Assembly: GCA_013115145.1 (NCBI GenBank) | Contig: JAAPAO010000003.1 | Span: 62,001 to 126,000 of the forward strand | Origin: Perkinsus chesapeaki ATCC PRA-425 | Taxonomy: Eukaryota > Protista > Perkinsozoa | Direction: 5' to 3' | Length of the DNA: 64,000 nt | Shown here: in pieces, positions 1 through 10,993 of the stretch | Position numbering within the stretch: position 1 is the stretch's first letter | Layout of the letters: every line of letters starts with the position of its first letter | Notes under the pieces: generated by a model | The model's input: the letters and a program-made list of their open reading frames with translations, nothing else | What the model was told of the DNA's origin: nothing | Databases searched by the model: none | Position numbers and translations under genes: made by a program

Positions 1-370
1 AACTTGCCCAAACAATAAGATATATTACCATCCATAAAGAGAATAGTCCTGAACCTCTATTACTCGAGATAAGTCTTATGACCTATTAATTACAGTCGAG
101 TGCCCTTCTGCAATAGCTACAATGCTTGCCAAGGCTTCACGCTTACGCAAGACATTTTATTATTCATCGACTTCTCAGAAAATAAGATACATTAGCATCC
201 ATAAACTACATGAATCTATTACTAGCTATTATGACCATATCAAATCCTATCGGGACCCTGGGACCGTCTAAGGACCTTTAGTCCCTCGAGGTATGCGAAT
301 ACCAACTCAACTAGTATATACGAAAATGCACAAGAAGTGAGATGCTATAAATAGAAACATAAGGACAAGG

Positions 371-730
371 TCAAGGGAGGCACCAAACCACAATGGCTAG
401 GAGGATGAGTAACTGACATCACGACAAGGCTCCGCCGGCATATGGAGGGACACCGTACCAGCACCACAACGACAACGTGTTTGAATATCCGCCAACACTT
501 ATTCTTTTTCTTCTTAGGATGGCCCTGCTGGGTGTCGTCAGGATCAACCTGAGTAGAGGGCAATGGCCCAAAGCAACTGGTATCTCAGTACACTTTCCGG
601 TGTATGAGGCTCTGGAGCCTCTATGTCCTCCACAGTGGGGCCTGGGTCTGGCTCTTGCTCTTTGCTCTGAAAAGGGTGCAAATATTCCCCCAGTGACATT
701 GGAAGTTATCTTTACATGGAATGCTCCCAT
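371..730 (-). CDS. Small (73 aa) 4-exon protein with N-myristoylation motif and C-terminal transmembrane anchor
   Basis: Exons 730-716, 666-592, 548-459 and 412-371 with GT-AG introns of 49, 43 and 46 nt splice in frame. Product: MGAFHSKEQEPDPGPTVEDIEAPEPHTPESVDPDDTQQGHPKKKKNKCWRIFKHVVVVVLLLILLAIVVWCLP*. Confidence 0.7.
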
Positions 731-867
731 ACTGGACCGAAGAGGGAGCGCTGAGGTACTTTAATTTGATGAAGACAAGCTCAAACATGAACTGCAAGAT
801 TCCACTCCACTGTGCATCCCTGCAACACAACTCAACAAGCTACTGAAAGCTACAGAGACTAGTCGGC

Positions 868-1884
868 TCACGAAGGGAGAACAAAGAACACTATTATCCA
901 CACAATGAGTATCTGTCATAGGAGTAATGGAGGCTCGGCGATGCCGTCCGGGCTTACCAACAGGAGGATCGATATACACGCTACTTTACGCCAAAAGTTC
1001 TTCTTCTTGCTGTGATGGGTCTCCTGTAGCTCCTCCACAACCTGCCAAAAATTAGTCAATTAGTTTCCCAAAATTTTCCGAGATTTTCACAAATTTCACG
1101 ATTTTCCAATGCAGTGAAGAGATTCCGATGCTCAACTCTGGATGCCTGATACCAGGCTGCCTCAGCAGCCACCAAGGAGTCATTAAGGGACACCAAATCT
1201 TGATATTCAGAGGAGCAGCGGGGTACGTGGCAGTGAGGTGAGCAAGGCGGACCTACACCGCCAAGAGTTCTAGTCCCGAAAACACAGCTACACTACTGCT
1301 GATATTTCTTGTCTCATTAGGAAAATATATTCTAGTGAACATCCTATCATTGGGGGCATCTGGTAATTTTTGAGGAACACCTTTCAGTAATGCTGGGTGA
1401 ACCCTAGCAGCCAGCACGATCTCCCTCGACTACCTTCCCAGTGGAATCCTTAGCTTGCTCCATTTGCTCGTCCACCGCATCTATCGTATCCTGTTGCTTC
1501 ACCACTTCACCATGCAATTGATGATACATATCCTAGCTCAAACCATGCACCTCGCTCTCAGCCTCCTGCGCTACTACCTGTACCACGCCCATATTCTTAT
1601 CGACCTTTTTAAGATCCTTCAGCTTCTGACGCTGCAATGCTTCATCCAGTGAGACATCTTGGTCCTGATCACCCACGGCTTAACCAACCTCCCCGACTGC
1701 ATTCCCACCTGCAGTAGAGGCTCCCGAGCGGATGAATAGGAGCTCGACGGTGTGAATGGATTCAACGACTCCGGGTACGGTTGCCGAGGCTCTGAAACCA
1801 CACAGGTTTACGCCGCTATCCCAACGCAGCGGCAGTGGATCGAGGCAAGAAATACAACGTGAGAATACGCCTCTCCCGAAGCAT
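868..1884 (-). CDS. Syntaxin-like Qa-SNARE, short (~137 aa), tail-anchored
   Basis: Exons 1791-1709, 1664-1578, 1532-1434, 1041-958 and 912-868 splice in frame. They give the SNARE motif EALQRQKLKDLKKVDKNMGVVQDMYHQLHGEVVKQQDTIDAVDEQMEQAKDSTGKVVEEL, then a basic linker and the TM segment VACISILLLILIVWIIVFFVLP. The first exon (1884-1869) is a best guess. Confidence 0.8.
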
Positions 1885-1945
1885 GGAGGAACACCAAATG
1901 TTGCCAGAAAGAATGCAATCGATACTTCTTTTTGCTCTAAAACTA

Positions 1946-2051
1946 ACTACTCGTTCCAGATACCCAGCCTGTTGGACCAAGCTTCTGCCCCGGCCCATGG
2001 GTCTTATCACTGCTACTGATGACTCGAATAAGGTAGCCGATCGCATTGGGC
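1946..2051 (+). repeat. Dispersed ~106-bp genomic copy of importin-7 exon plus intron flanks (source 27241-27346)
   Basis: Direct sequence match ACTACTCGTTCCAGATACCCAGCC...GAATAAGGTAGCCG at both loci, about 95% identical, including splice acceptor and donor. Confidence 0.95.
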
Positions 2052-2318
2052 CCACATTATATCTCTGCATCAGCAGGGGCGTTTTCTGAGGGACTGAACT
2101 TCTGTGAGGCTAGCGTTAATTTTCGAAAATATAAGGAGAACGAGTTCAGCGTATCAAGTCCCGTGTAGTACTCTTCGGTAGGCCCGTGGATCCAGGCATG
2201 CAGCTCTAAGGGGACAACACAATCCTGCATACGTCACTTAGCACTGTACAACTCAACCAGGGGAGTCGAAAACGTCAAGACAGCATAAAAGAGCAGAAAC
2301 AGAGGAGAAGCACTCAAA

Positions 2319-5182
2319 CTACAGCTTGCTGCCATCGAATCTTGGGGAGTACCAGCCGAAGGGCTTCTTAGCCACGTACTTCACCACCTGCTTTGGTTCA
2401 AGGTAACTGACAATGAAAGATTTACCATAACATTGCTCTCATTATGTATTTCCTATAACTAACTGTTCTACCTTCACGCAAGAATGTCAAGTACATTGAA
2501 AAGGGCAAACTGCCAGTAGCTATTGGCTTTCCTATACGCGGTCATTTTTCAGTATATGAACTACTGTACGCTAAGGCCGAAACGGCTTGCTTCCCTCCGA
2601 CTTTTCTCACCTCCAGAATCCAGCATCACCATTGTCCCGCCCCATGCCCGAGCGTTTGACGCCACCCCAAGGCAGCTGGGTGAAACATGGCTGACTGCAG
2701 TTGATCCACACTATCCCACAACGGAAGGCCCTCATCACTCTTTCACACCGAGCTGGATCCCCACTCATAACAGCTGCGGCCAAACCGAACCTACCAACCA
2801 GTACGGCCTTAATACAACGGCAGCTCTTGTGAAGTCCATAGGGGTTATTCTGAACGCATATAAATGGCAAGAGACGGGACATAGTACAGAGTTTGGTAGA
2901 CACTGCTGCATATAGCACATTCAACGTTCATATGATCTAATACAGTCCATCGTTGAGTGTTCCTCTCGGTCTCCGTATCACCTAGTGTTATTGGCTTCTT
3001 GTACTGCTTCCTCTTCGCCATCAAAACCTCTAACAGACAGGACGGGCCCAAAGATCTCTTCAGTCCATATCTGAGCCCCCTATTGAGCATTAAACGGCAA
3101 GGAGTACTACCTCCGAGTCGGTAGGGACATCTACGAAGACAGTGGGCTCGACATAGTAGCCTGGAGAGCGAGAGTTCCCGCCGCACAGCAGCGTGAAACC
3201 GCTCGCTTTAGCGCGGTTCACCATACCTGCCAGAGACCTTTCCCAGCCTGATTAAACGTCGCTCACCTGTAACCTTGTCAAACTGTTTCTTAGATATCAT
3301 AGGACCAAGCCTACCACTTGTCTTCTCCAAACCGCCTTCTAACAGTTCCGTTGGTGAACACAGAGGCACCTTCTCCACCTCAGTCTTGAGGCGTGCCAGG
3401 AACTTGTTCTTAATACTGTTGTGAATCTGAAATATGAGTATATAAATGAGGATATCTAAACACTCAATAGCGCTAACCGAAATCTTTACAACACTCGGAA
3501 CTTTGCTGAATTCACCGGCACGTTCCACGACCCGCCCCATCGATCTCGCCGCTAACTCTCGGGAGCTCATTAGCTTACCAGAAGCCTGCTGGTGGCGCTG
3601 CAGATCTGACCATTAGTCCAAAAGCAGCCAAACATAACCCATTCGATCGCCTGCTCGATCTCGGAGTCTTCAAAAATGACAAAGGGAGATTTCCCGCCTA
3701 GTTCGAGACCAACATTGTGTACGTATGGAGTGCAGGAACCTGACCGAAAGCAGGCCATCATTATCATACGAATACATCCCTTATATAGAGCCATGTTGAA
3801 CAAGTTGAAAGCAACTCGAGCACTTCTCTCCTGCAGGAAGTCGACACTACCTACCCATCACTAGCTTCCCCGTAGCCTCTGAACCAGTGAAGGTGACTTT
3901 ATCAACATCAGGATGAGACGTCATAAAACTGCCAGTGGAGCCATCACCGCTGATTACGTTAAGTACCTGTGAAGGGAAGGTAAACTGACAAATCAAAGAG
4001 AACACTGACAGAACAGTATAGGCATTAAATTCTCCCGGCAGCCGTTGCACATAGAATGGATAGTCTAAACCATTTTTGGCGTTGGACTATAAACTCGCAC
4101 CCGCGCAGAGAAAACCGTTAAAGATACCAACTACCAACAATGACATTTCCCATCGAAAATCCTGGGATTTCGGCAACACAAGCGTATCTTATTCTCGTTA
4201 GATCGCATAGTTACCTCACTAGTCTTATAAAAGCGCCAAGTCAAAAACCGTAAAGTAAAATACAACTATGCAGTAAACTCACCCCATCTGGCAAGCCAGC
4301 TTCCTTGGAGATAAGCGCGAGCTCCATTGCAGTGATAGGCGTCAGTTCACTAGGCTTCAATACAACAGAACAGCCAGCCGCCAAGGCGGGAGCCACCTAA
4401 ACCAACGGATCTCCAATGACGTGTCGATAAGGCAACTACCTTCCAAGTGGCCATGAGGAGAGGGTAGTTCCAGGGAACAATGGCCGCCACGACACCACAG
4501 CTCTCGTAGTAGAGAAGGCCTTCGAACTCCTCCATTCCTAGGTCCACCTTTGTCCCTTGCTTTTTGTCTAATTCGATTGCCTTATCTAAAGGAGGCATAC
4601 CTAGGCCGACCAGGGGGATGGCCTACCGGCAAAGTACTCGAAAGAGCCAGCGACGTCATCAATGTCCCATTCGGTTTCCTCAATAGGCTTCCCAGTGTTA
4701 ACAGTTTCGACTCTGGCAAGAATGTCTCGCCTAAGTTGTAGAAGTCCACAATACCACACATACTTAAATCTACCTGGCCTTCACTCCCTCAGCGATGCGC
4801 TTCATAATGGCCGCCCTGGCCGTGCCAGATATCCTCGACCAGACGCCGCTGTCGAAAGACAGTCGGGCTGTCTTCACGGCGAGATCGACATCATCCTAAA
4901 CAAAACAAGACTATTATAGAACCCAGAACGGACTCCACTAGAGCCCCGACGAAACTCTATCCTAGAGTCACTTTAAGAGAGAGTTTCGCCAGGTTCCGAG
5001 ACCATGCTCACCTTTCCCGCGCAGAGTGCTTTGGCGATAACGCCTTCTGTGGCTGGGTTAATAATATCCAGCTCCTTAACTGGTTCGGTCGCACAAGGCC
5101 CTCGGAAAGTACCATTGATAAAGTGGGAATGAGGAGATGCGCGCAAGGCAGAGCCAAAAGAGGTGGGTGAGATGCCAGTCAT
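2319..5182 (-). CDS. BADH: Betaine/aminoaldehyde dehydrogenase (ALDH10), multi-exon, PTS1
   Basis: Motifs [52 protein letters not shown] and [18 protein letters not shown]; C-terminus [24 protein letters not shown]. Confidence 0.95.
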
Positions 5183-5614
5183 TAGAAATAAGGAAAACAG
5201 CGGAACGAATGGGGACGACTCTTCCAAAGCTAACATCAGAGGAAATGAACAACAAAAAGAGCTGATTTTCACTGCTGCGACGCCGAGGAATGCGTGCATG
5301 ACGCAAAAGTACCGCGCGCCAATTAATCTGGCGCCCTCGTAACATGGGCCACGTTCGTTGTTAGGTGGGGTGGATAGCAATTTGAACTTCACGTGAATAA
5401 TTGTTGTTTGTGGGCGAGCTGGTTCGTAGTGGTCGTCATAGAATCCCCCGTTGGTATTGTAATTCTCGTTTTCCGATAGTCTCAACGATTCTGCCTTTTA
5501 CTGTACTTCGTGCACTGACAATTTTCCAGTACTAATGGCTCATTAGTAATGGGAGCTTCGCTAGACCCGAACTTGGGAGGCGTCCAGTTTGTGATCTCAG
5601 TATATTGTTATAGC

Positions 5615-6981
5615 ATGGCTGCCCATGGATTCTCGCACACCGAAAAGCGCACTATAAACAAGCTCGTTCTCGACAACGATGATGCCAAAGTTCCCCCACC
5701 GCAATGTGAGCACGGCCCGGCAGTGAGGTAACAAGTACTACTCTCCCCGTTTTCAAGATCGATTTCGCATCTTATAGGGTCTAGTGCTCCTAGACTAGGA
5801 GTCATAGTAAGAGGATTCTACGGTTTGCAAGGTCTCCAAGCAATTCATTCTAGAGCGGCGCCGCTGGCTCAGTGGTGGCCAATGACATTGACTCCATGTA
5901 CACTATCTAAAGTGTTACGGTTGATACATTTCAATAGTCTTACGGAGGAAATCTCCATCGTTTCACCAATTCTCGTTGTACCTTCCGTGGACTGTGTGAC
6001 TTTCTGGACTATTATCTCAGGTTCCGACGAATAACGAAGGCAGCTGATGGCTCTGTACAGGATTCTCGAGATTTCTACGCATGCAGCGCGATCAGGGACC
6101 GAAAGATATGTCCATTGTTCTGTTGGGTGGATGAGTACGAGCGACACGCCGAAAACTCGGCGAAACGTTTGAGAACTAGCGGCCCGGAGAGAGAATATGA
6201 CAAGACTAATAACAAAGCAAATGCCCAGTACTTCTTTTCTGGTGAAGCAGTAGGTGTGATTAAGAGATACGTAGCCAAGCACGGTTACCATCGCGTGCTC
6301 TGCCTTGGAACTCCCGTAGTGTATCGCACACTCAGCGATAGTAAAGATAACGTGGATACGTTCTTGTTGGACATGGATCCCGTGGTTGTCCAGAAGGCCG
6401 AGTCTTCCGGAGCACGGTTTAATATGGTCAATGGATATTTCTTCGACGATGCAGGGAAGGACCGGAATGAGGGTTGGTTAAGAAGTGGCGGTGTGGATAT
6501 CGTTGTTGTGGATCCCCCATTCCAGCCTGAGCTCGTTCCTGCAATATGGCGCTCCTTGCGGTCCCTCTTGGGTTCAGATGCGTTCAGCAAAGTCGACGTT
6601 CTCTTCGCTTTTCCCTACTTCTCCCGGGATGCTTTGCAAGAATCACCATGTGCCCCGAAGCTGTTCATGAACGAGTACAGGGTCGACTATGCTAACCATA
6701 AAACGTACAAGGCTGACAGAAGCCCGGTCCGGTTCTTCACTCGTCTTCACGAGCTCACAAACCTGCCCAGCTCGTCGTATAAAGTCTGCAAGAAGTGCGG
6801 TGGCAAATGGGTCCATAATTCCAACGTTCACTGCGATCTCTGTGGAGGGTGTATGACAATACACGGAGCCAAGGCGTGGGAGCACTGCTCGAGGTGCGGC
6901 AAATGTACTAAACCTGGGCTCAAACACTGCGACAACTGTACCATATGCCTCCCAGTTGGTCATCAGTGTCGCTCGTGTTAG
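5615..6981 (+). CDS. ZCCHC4: rRNA N6-adenosine methyltransferase ZCCHC4-like
   Basis: N-terminal CEHGP (GRF-type zinc finger start), VLCLGTP, LLDMD, RFNMVNGYFF, DPPF catalytic motif, VDYANH, and a C-terminal array of C-x2-C / H-C-x2-C zinc fingers. Confidence 0.9.
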
Positions 6982-8224
6982 CCAGTTGAGGGCGTAAAGT
7001 TGTTAGTTGACGTTTCTCACTTTCTCTCGGCAATTAGTTAGTAATGGAATGATTCAAGAGTTCCCAACTAAGACGTTATGTCTCAACTGACGTTAGGTTG
7101 GGCGGCTTTCATCAATTTACTGGCACAAACTTTTCTCAACGAGAGAAATACGAAACCAGCCTGAGGAAGTCACCCTTCCAAATTGGACTTCCCATGGAAC
7201 ATAGGGAAATTATATTCCAATTGGAAGTTCCAATGGGAGGCTCCCGTGTCTCGCACATTAGCCGGGCATTGCCCGGCGCCGCCGGGCCGGCGGGCAGCGA
7301 TAGAGAATATGATGTTACTCGAAGTCCGATTCTCGCACATATCCGTAATGTCGTTACAGCTCCGAATTTGTTTCGGGCATCCAATTCGTGGAGTCCAAGT
7401 TTCGCCACTTTACAACTTTCAAACTTCCGCAAGAAATTTACAGAGCAAAAAGCCTCACTCGTAAGGGAGCGAATTGTGAATTCGCGTACCGAATTGTAAA
7501 TTGGCTAACGAAGGCACTTTAACTGCCTTTCAGTGCCACTTAAAGTCACTCAAAGTGGCCACTGAGGCCACGATAAGTTATCGTGTCCAAATGGACTTTG
7601 AATGTATGTGCTATATACTAGGGCTGTACTGCAGCATGTAGTCATTGACTACTAGTCAACAACCAGTCGTTCCTAGGCAAAATTGGACCGCAACAAGAAC
7701 CTACGAAGGACCAATCACATCCTGCCACCCACAAGGAAGTTACCGGTAGTAACACCGTTCGGGAATCTCGCCAGTTCTCGACTAGTCCCTTGCTTGCGAG
7801 GCGACGAGGCGGTCTCGTCGAGGCCTGTGGCGGATCAGACGTTCCCAATGCTGCGCATGCAGCATTGGGACTACCTCACCGATGTATCACTATTGTGGTT
7901 TGTCAGACCAACTTGGTCTACCACTAGTTGATCTTGGCCGAAGCTAATAACAAAACGCCAGTTGTGGGAAGTTACTTGTAGCGAGACATTTGAGCAGTTC
8001 GCTTGGACCTCAATTAATGTATCGCCCTGACATGACAGTGTCATGAATCATCCGTCCTGATTTGACATTCTTCTCCATTTGGACTATCAGAATTCCTTTC
8101 AGACCAAAACGCCTGTGGATGTATCTGGTAAGACTTCCACCATCAGCACGAAGACGCAAAGGCGACTTTTGGATCTTAACCTCGAAGGTTGCGTGGAAAT
8201 GTAAGCTGGGTTCGACTTACTCGA

Positions 8225-8388
8225 TGATTTATCAGTCTACAGATTACGCAACAGGGATCAATATAATTGAAAGAGTATTGCAATTAGGTATGATCTAGCA
8301 ATAATATAGTGTCCGAATAATAATAATTGGCTACTACAAAATATCATTAGCTAAGCTTAAGTAGACAGAGTTATCACACAATGGATCA
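8225..8388 (-). repeat. 3' LTR (164 bp) of the 2.2-kb element
   Basis: Matches 10241-10424 with about 9 substitutions and one 20-bp indel; preceded by PPT. Confidence 0.9.
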
Positions 8389-8553
8389 GTTTCCCCTCCA
8401 TCTTGACAAATAGCAATGATATGGTAGTAAACTATCATAGTAGACCTTAGGAGACAATGCCCCACTGTTGTAAAACTGCTCTGCCAGCTCTATCAATAAG
8501 TTTATTTTTAAGGAGTTTGAATGGCCCAGCTTGAATTGCGTCCAGATTATAGG

Positions 8554-9620
8554 TTATCCTAGTCCCAACCGGATACCATTTGTGAGTAGCTGCTTTACGT
8601 TCATAGAGATCGAAGTTGACATCATCCTTATCACAATATGATATGGGTGAACCACACCCGATTTCACCATCATTAACAATGATAATTTATCATTCTTAAG
8701 AAAGAACAACAATGTCTCAGGACTTGCAATGGCTTGATCAATAGCTTCCTTATCAATTCCAATTACTCTAGTAGGGCCAAATATAGACGGATTAACCACA
8801 TGAAGATGTTGGCGAGCCACCTTGAATTCATTATTATTGGCATCACATAAGGTAACCTCATTATTATGAACCGATATAATTTGAAAAGGGCCTTCTCCCA
8901 TATAATAGACCAGACTCCCAATATCCAGCTGTGGTTTATGAACATATAATTTAGCCAGACGGCGTTTATCATAATTCATAGTAGATGTATCAGTATAATC
9001 CAAACGACGAGTAGGAATAATTACTGATAAAGCACCATTTATTTCATCAAGTAACTTTGTCACATCCATATTAGTGACTTTACTTATATCAATAGTAGCT
9101 GGGTCTTGTTGATCTTGGAGTTGACTTATATGTGATAGTAATGGTACCAATTTGTTACCATTACTATCACATATAAGTCAAGAGAGGTTTGTTACTAACA
9201 AACCTCTCGCTTGAACTTCTCCAAAAACTAAAGTGGATGGAGTCATCGAGACCTCAGCGTTATCACCAAAGGCACCTAGATTACTAGCATTAACACATTA
9301 CTGTGCCAAAGCAAGGTAAAGCGTAAGCGTTAGCAAACGGACCTTTCCTTCACAAACATTATTACCAGTAGGAGCATAAGTTAAGGAAAACAGTTTCCTT
9401 ACTCCAGCTAATCTACAGACTCGAATTACAAAATCTGAAGAAGAATACTGAGCATGATCGCTACGAACATAGGTTGGTAAGCCAAAATATGCCATCCAAG
9501 AACATACAAAAGCCACGGCTGAAGTACGGCAGCCTTACTACGGCTAGTACAATCCATAACCCTAGTATATACTGTATATGAATTAAACTCATCAGTAATT
9601 ACTAGGATATAAGTTATATC
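8554..9620 (-). pseudogene. Degraded retrotransposon integrase (core plus GPY/F C-terminal part) in broken frames
   Basis: ORFs 9426-9656, 9298-9516 and 8554-9150 carry successive pieces of a DDE integrase. Confidence 0.8.
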
Positions 9621-10240
9621 ATATAATGTACTGGTTATATCACATAACCAGTACATTTGAAAACAGATGGAATATCTGCCAAATCAATAGCAATAGCAAT
9701 AGAACTCTCCAGGTACAATATCATAATCGAGACAGAAGGCAATGTCTTCGTCTTCTGGAGTCTCTGGGTGTGCCTCAGCGAAGGCTCTTATGGATGCCAC
9801 AGTGTATCCAGTGCCCTCCGACTTCTCCAAGTCCCTTTTCATGCAAGCCCGCGCATTGTAGACCGCTTTTTCACCTTCGATTTTGTCGCCGTTTCTCCCT
9901 CAGGGAGGAGTTCTCGCAGTCTCAAGCTGCTTGTCGCCGCTCGGGACTTCATTTTAGCCTCCATTTGATCCCTTATTACTGTCTCCGCCTCCTCGGATAA
10001 GATGGATCTCGAGGACACTACGATGCCCCGATGGTCGTGCTTATGACATGGTGGTTGAGGCAGACAAACGGACCACTCCCCCCTACTGCGCCGGATTTGG
10101 GCCGTATAAAGGCATCCGGGATCGGGGGCAGCAGGAAGCATTCTCCGTCGATGATGTCCTACAATTAAACTGGTCTTCTCACCGTTATAGGTAGCAACTA
10201 CATCATTCCTTGGGGTCGATGTTCCAGGCATACTTAATAC

Positions 10241-10424
10241 TGACTTATCAGTCTACAGATTACGCAACAGGGATCAATATAATTGAAAGAGTATTTCAAT
10301 TAAGTATCATCTAGCTGCTATTGCTAGATTCTAGCAATAATATATCGTCCGAATAATAATAGTTGGCTACTACAAAATTTCATTAGCTAAGCCTAAGTAG
10401 ACAGAGTTATCACACAATGGATCA
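10241..10424 (-). repeat. 5' LTR (184 bp) of the 2.2-kb element
   Basis: As for the 3' LTR; carries a 20-bp insertion at about 10316-10335. Confidence 0.9.
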
Positions 10425-10429
10425 CTCGA

Positions 10430-10890
10430 CGAGAGTATGTAAGTGCACTTGTTGTCCCGTTTCGTTCCAAAACTGTTGTATGTCGGCAATGCCGACTCGG
10501 CATCTGTTGGTTGTCCAAACGATGTGGATAGGAGTCGCTGACAGAAGGAGTACTTCCCGAAATGGATTTGAACTAAACAGTGGCAGACGATGGGATATCT
10601 GCTCATCATTCTCACCTCGAAGCGGCGCCTGGTAGCGTCCACCGATGTGCAAGATGGAACTCGGATTTCTCGGAGAAATAGGATGAAGTTCTTCATTGAA
10701 GGTGAGTTGAGTCTCCGTCTTTCACGTATTGCCACGCATGTATGGCCACACCAGGAAGCGTTGGTCCCATCACGCGTTGTTGCATCGTAGTGCGTCGCAC
10801 AACTGCCTATATGATACCACTTCTCGCACGTATCGCATTTCACCATTTCATCGCCATCGCCAACTTCCCCACATGTCGCACATTCGTCCG
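10430..10890 (-). pseudogene. PHD-finger-containing ORF remnant, probably transposon-derived, interrupted by the LTR element
   Basis: CATCGEVGDGDEMVKCDTCEKWYHIGSC...WCGHTC fits C4-H-C3 PHD spacing. The frame continues about 39 codons past the reconstructed empty site (8219-8099). Confidence 0.7.
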
Positions 10891-10993
10891 GTATAGGCTG
10901 CCTATACCAATGCCTATACGAATGTGCGACAATATGCGTGGTAGACGACATGTATTGCCGGATATTTCCTTTCAGGCTCAGGGTGGTTCAATA

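Larger units (their letters stand above)
8225..10424 (-). mobile_element. Internally deleted (non-autonomous) Ty3/gypsy-type LTR retrotransposon, 2.2 kb, with 5-bp TSD CTCGA
   Basis: Direct repeats 8225-8388 and 10241-10424, both TG...CA. CTCGA at 8220-8224 and 10425-10429. Polypurine tract AAGATGGAGGGGAAAC (plus 8389-8404) precedes the 3' LTR. Internal integrase core (LVITDEFNSY; FGLPTYVRSDHA; YAPTGNNVCE) and GPF-type C-terminus (GEGPFQIISV). Confidence 0.9.

Noticed and set aside
14-240. Diverged ~60-bp repeat (AATAAGATA..TTA.CATCCATAAA at 14 and 181)
   Set aside because: Only two degenerate copies at the window edge; not interpretable.
1400-1433. Apparent +1 frameshift in the syntaxin (GKVVE/EIVLAAR)
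   Set aside because: A GT donor at 1433 splices in frame to 1041 (VVEELQ...), giving a complete tail anchor without a frameshift.
10330-10370. YYSDDILL read on the minus strand, resembling an RT YxDD motif
   Set aside because: It lies inside the LTR (TG..CA, TSD, PPT), the other copy reads YYSDT, and there are no flanking RT motifs; coincidence.
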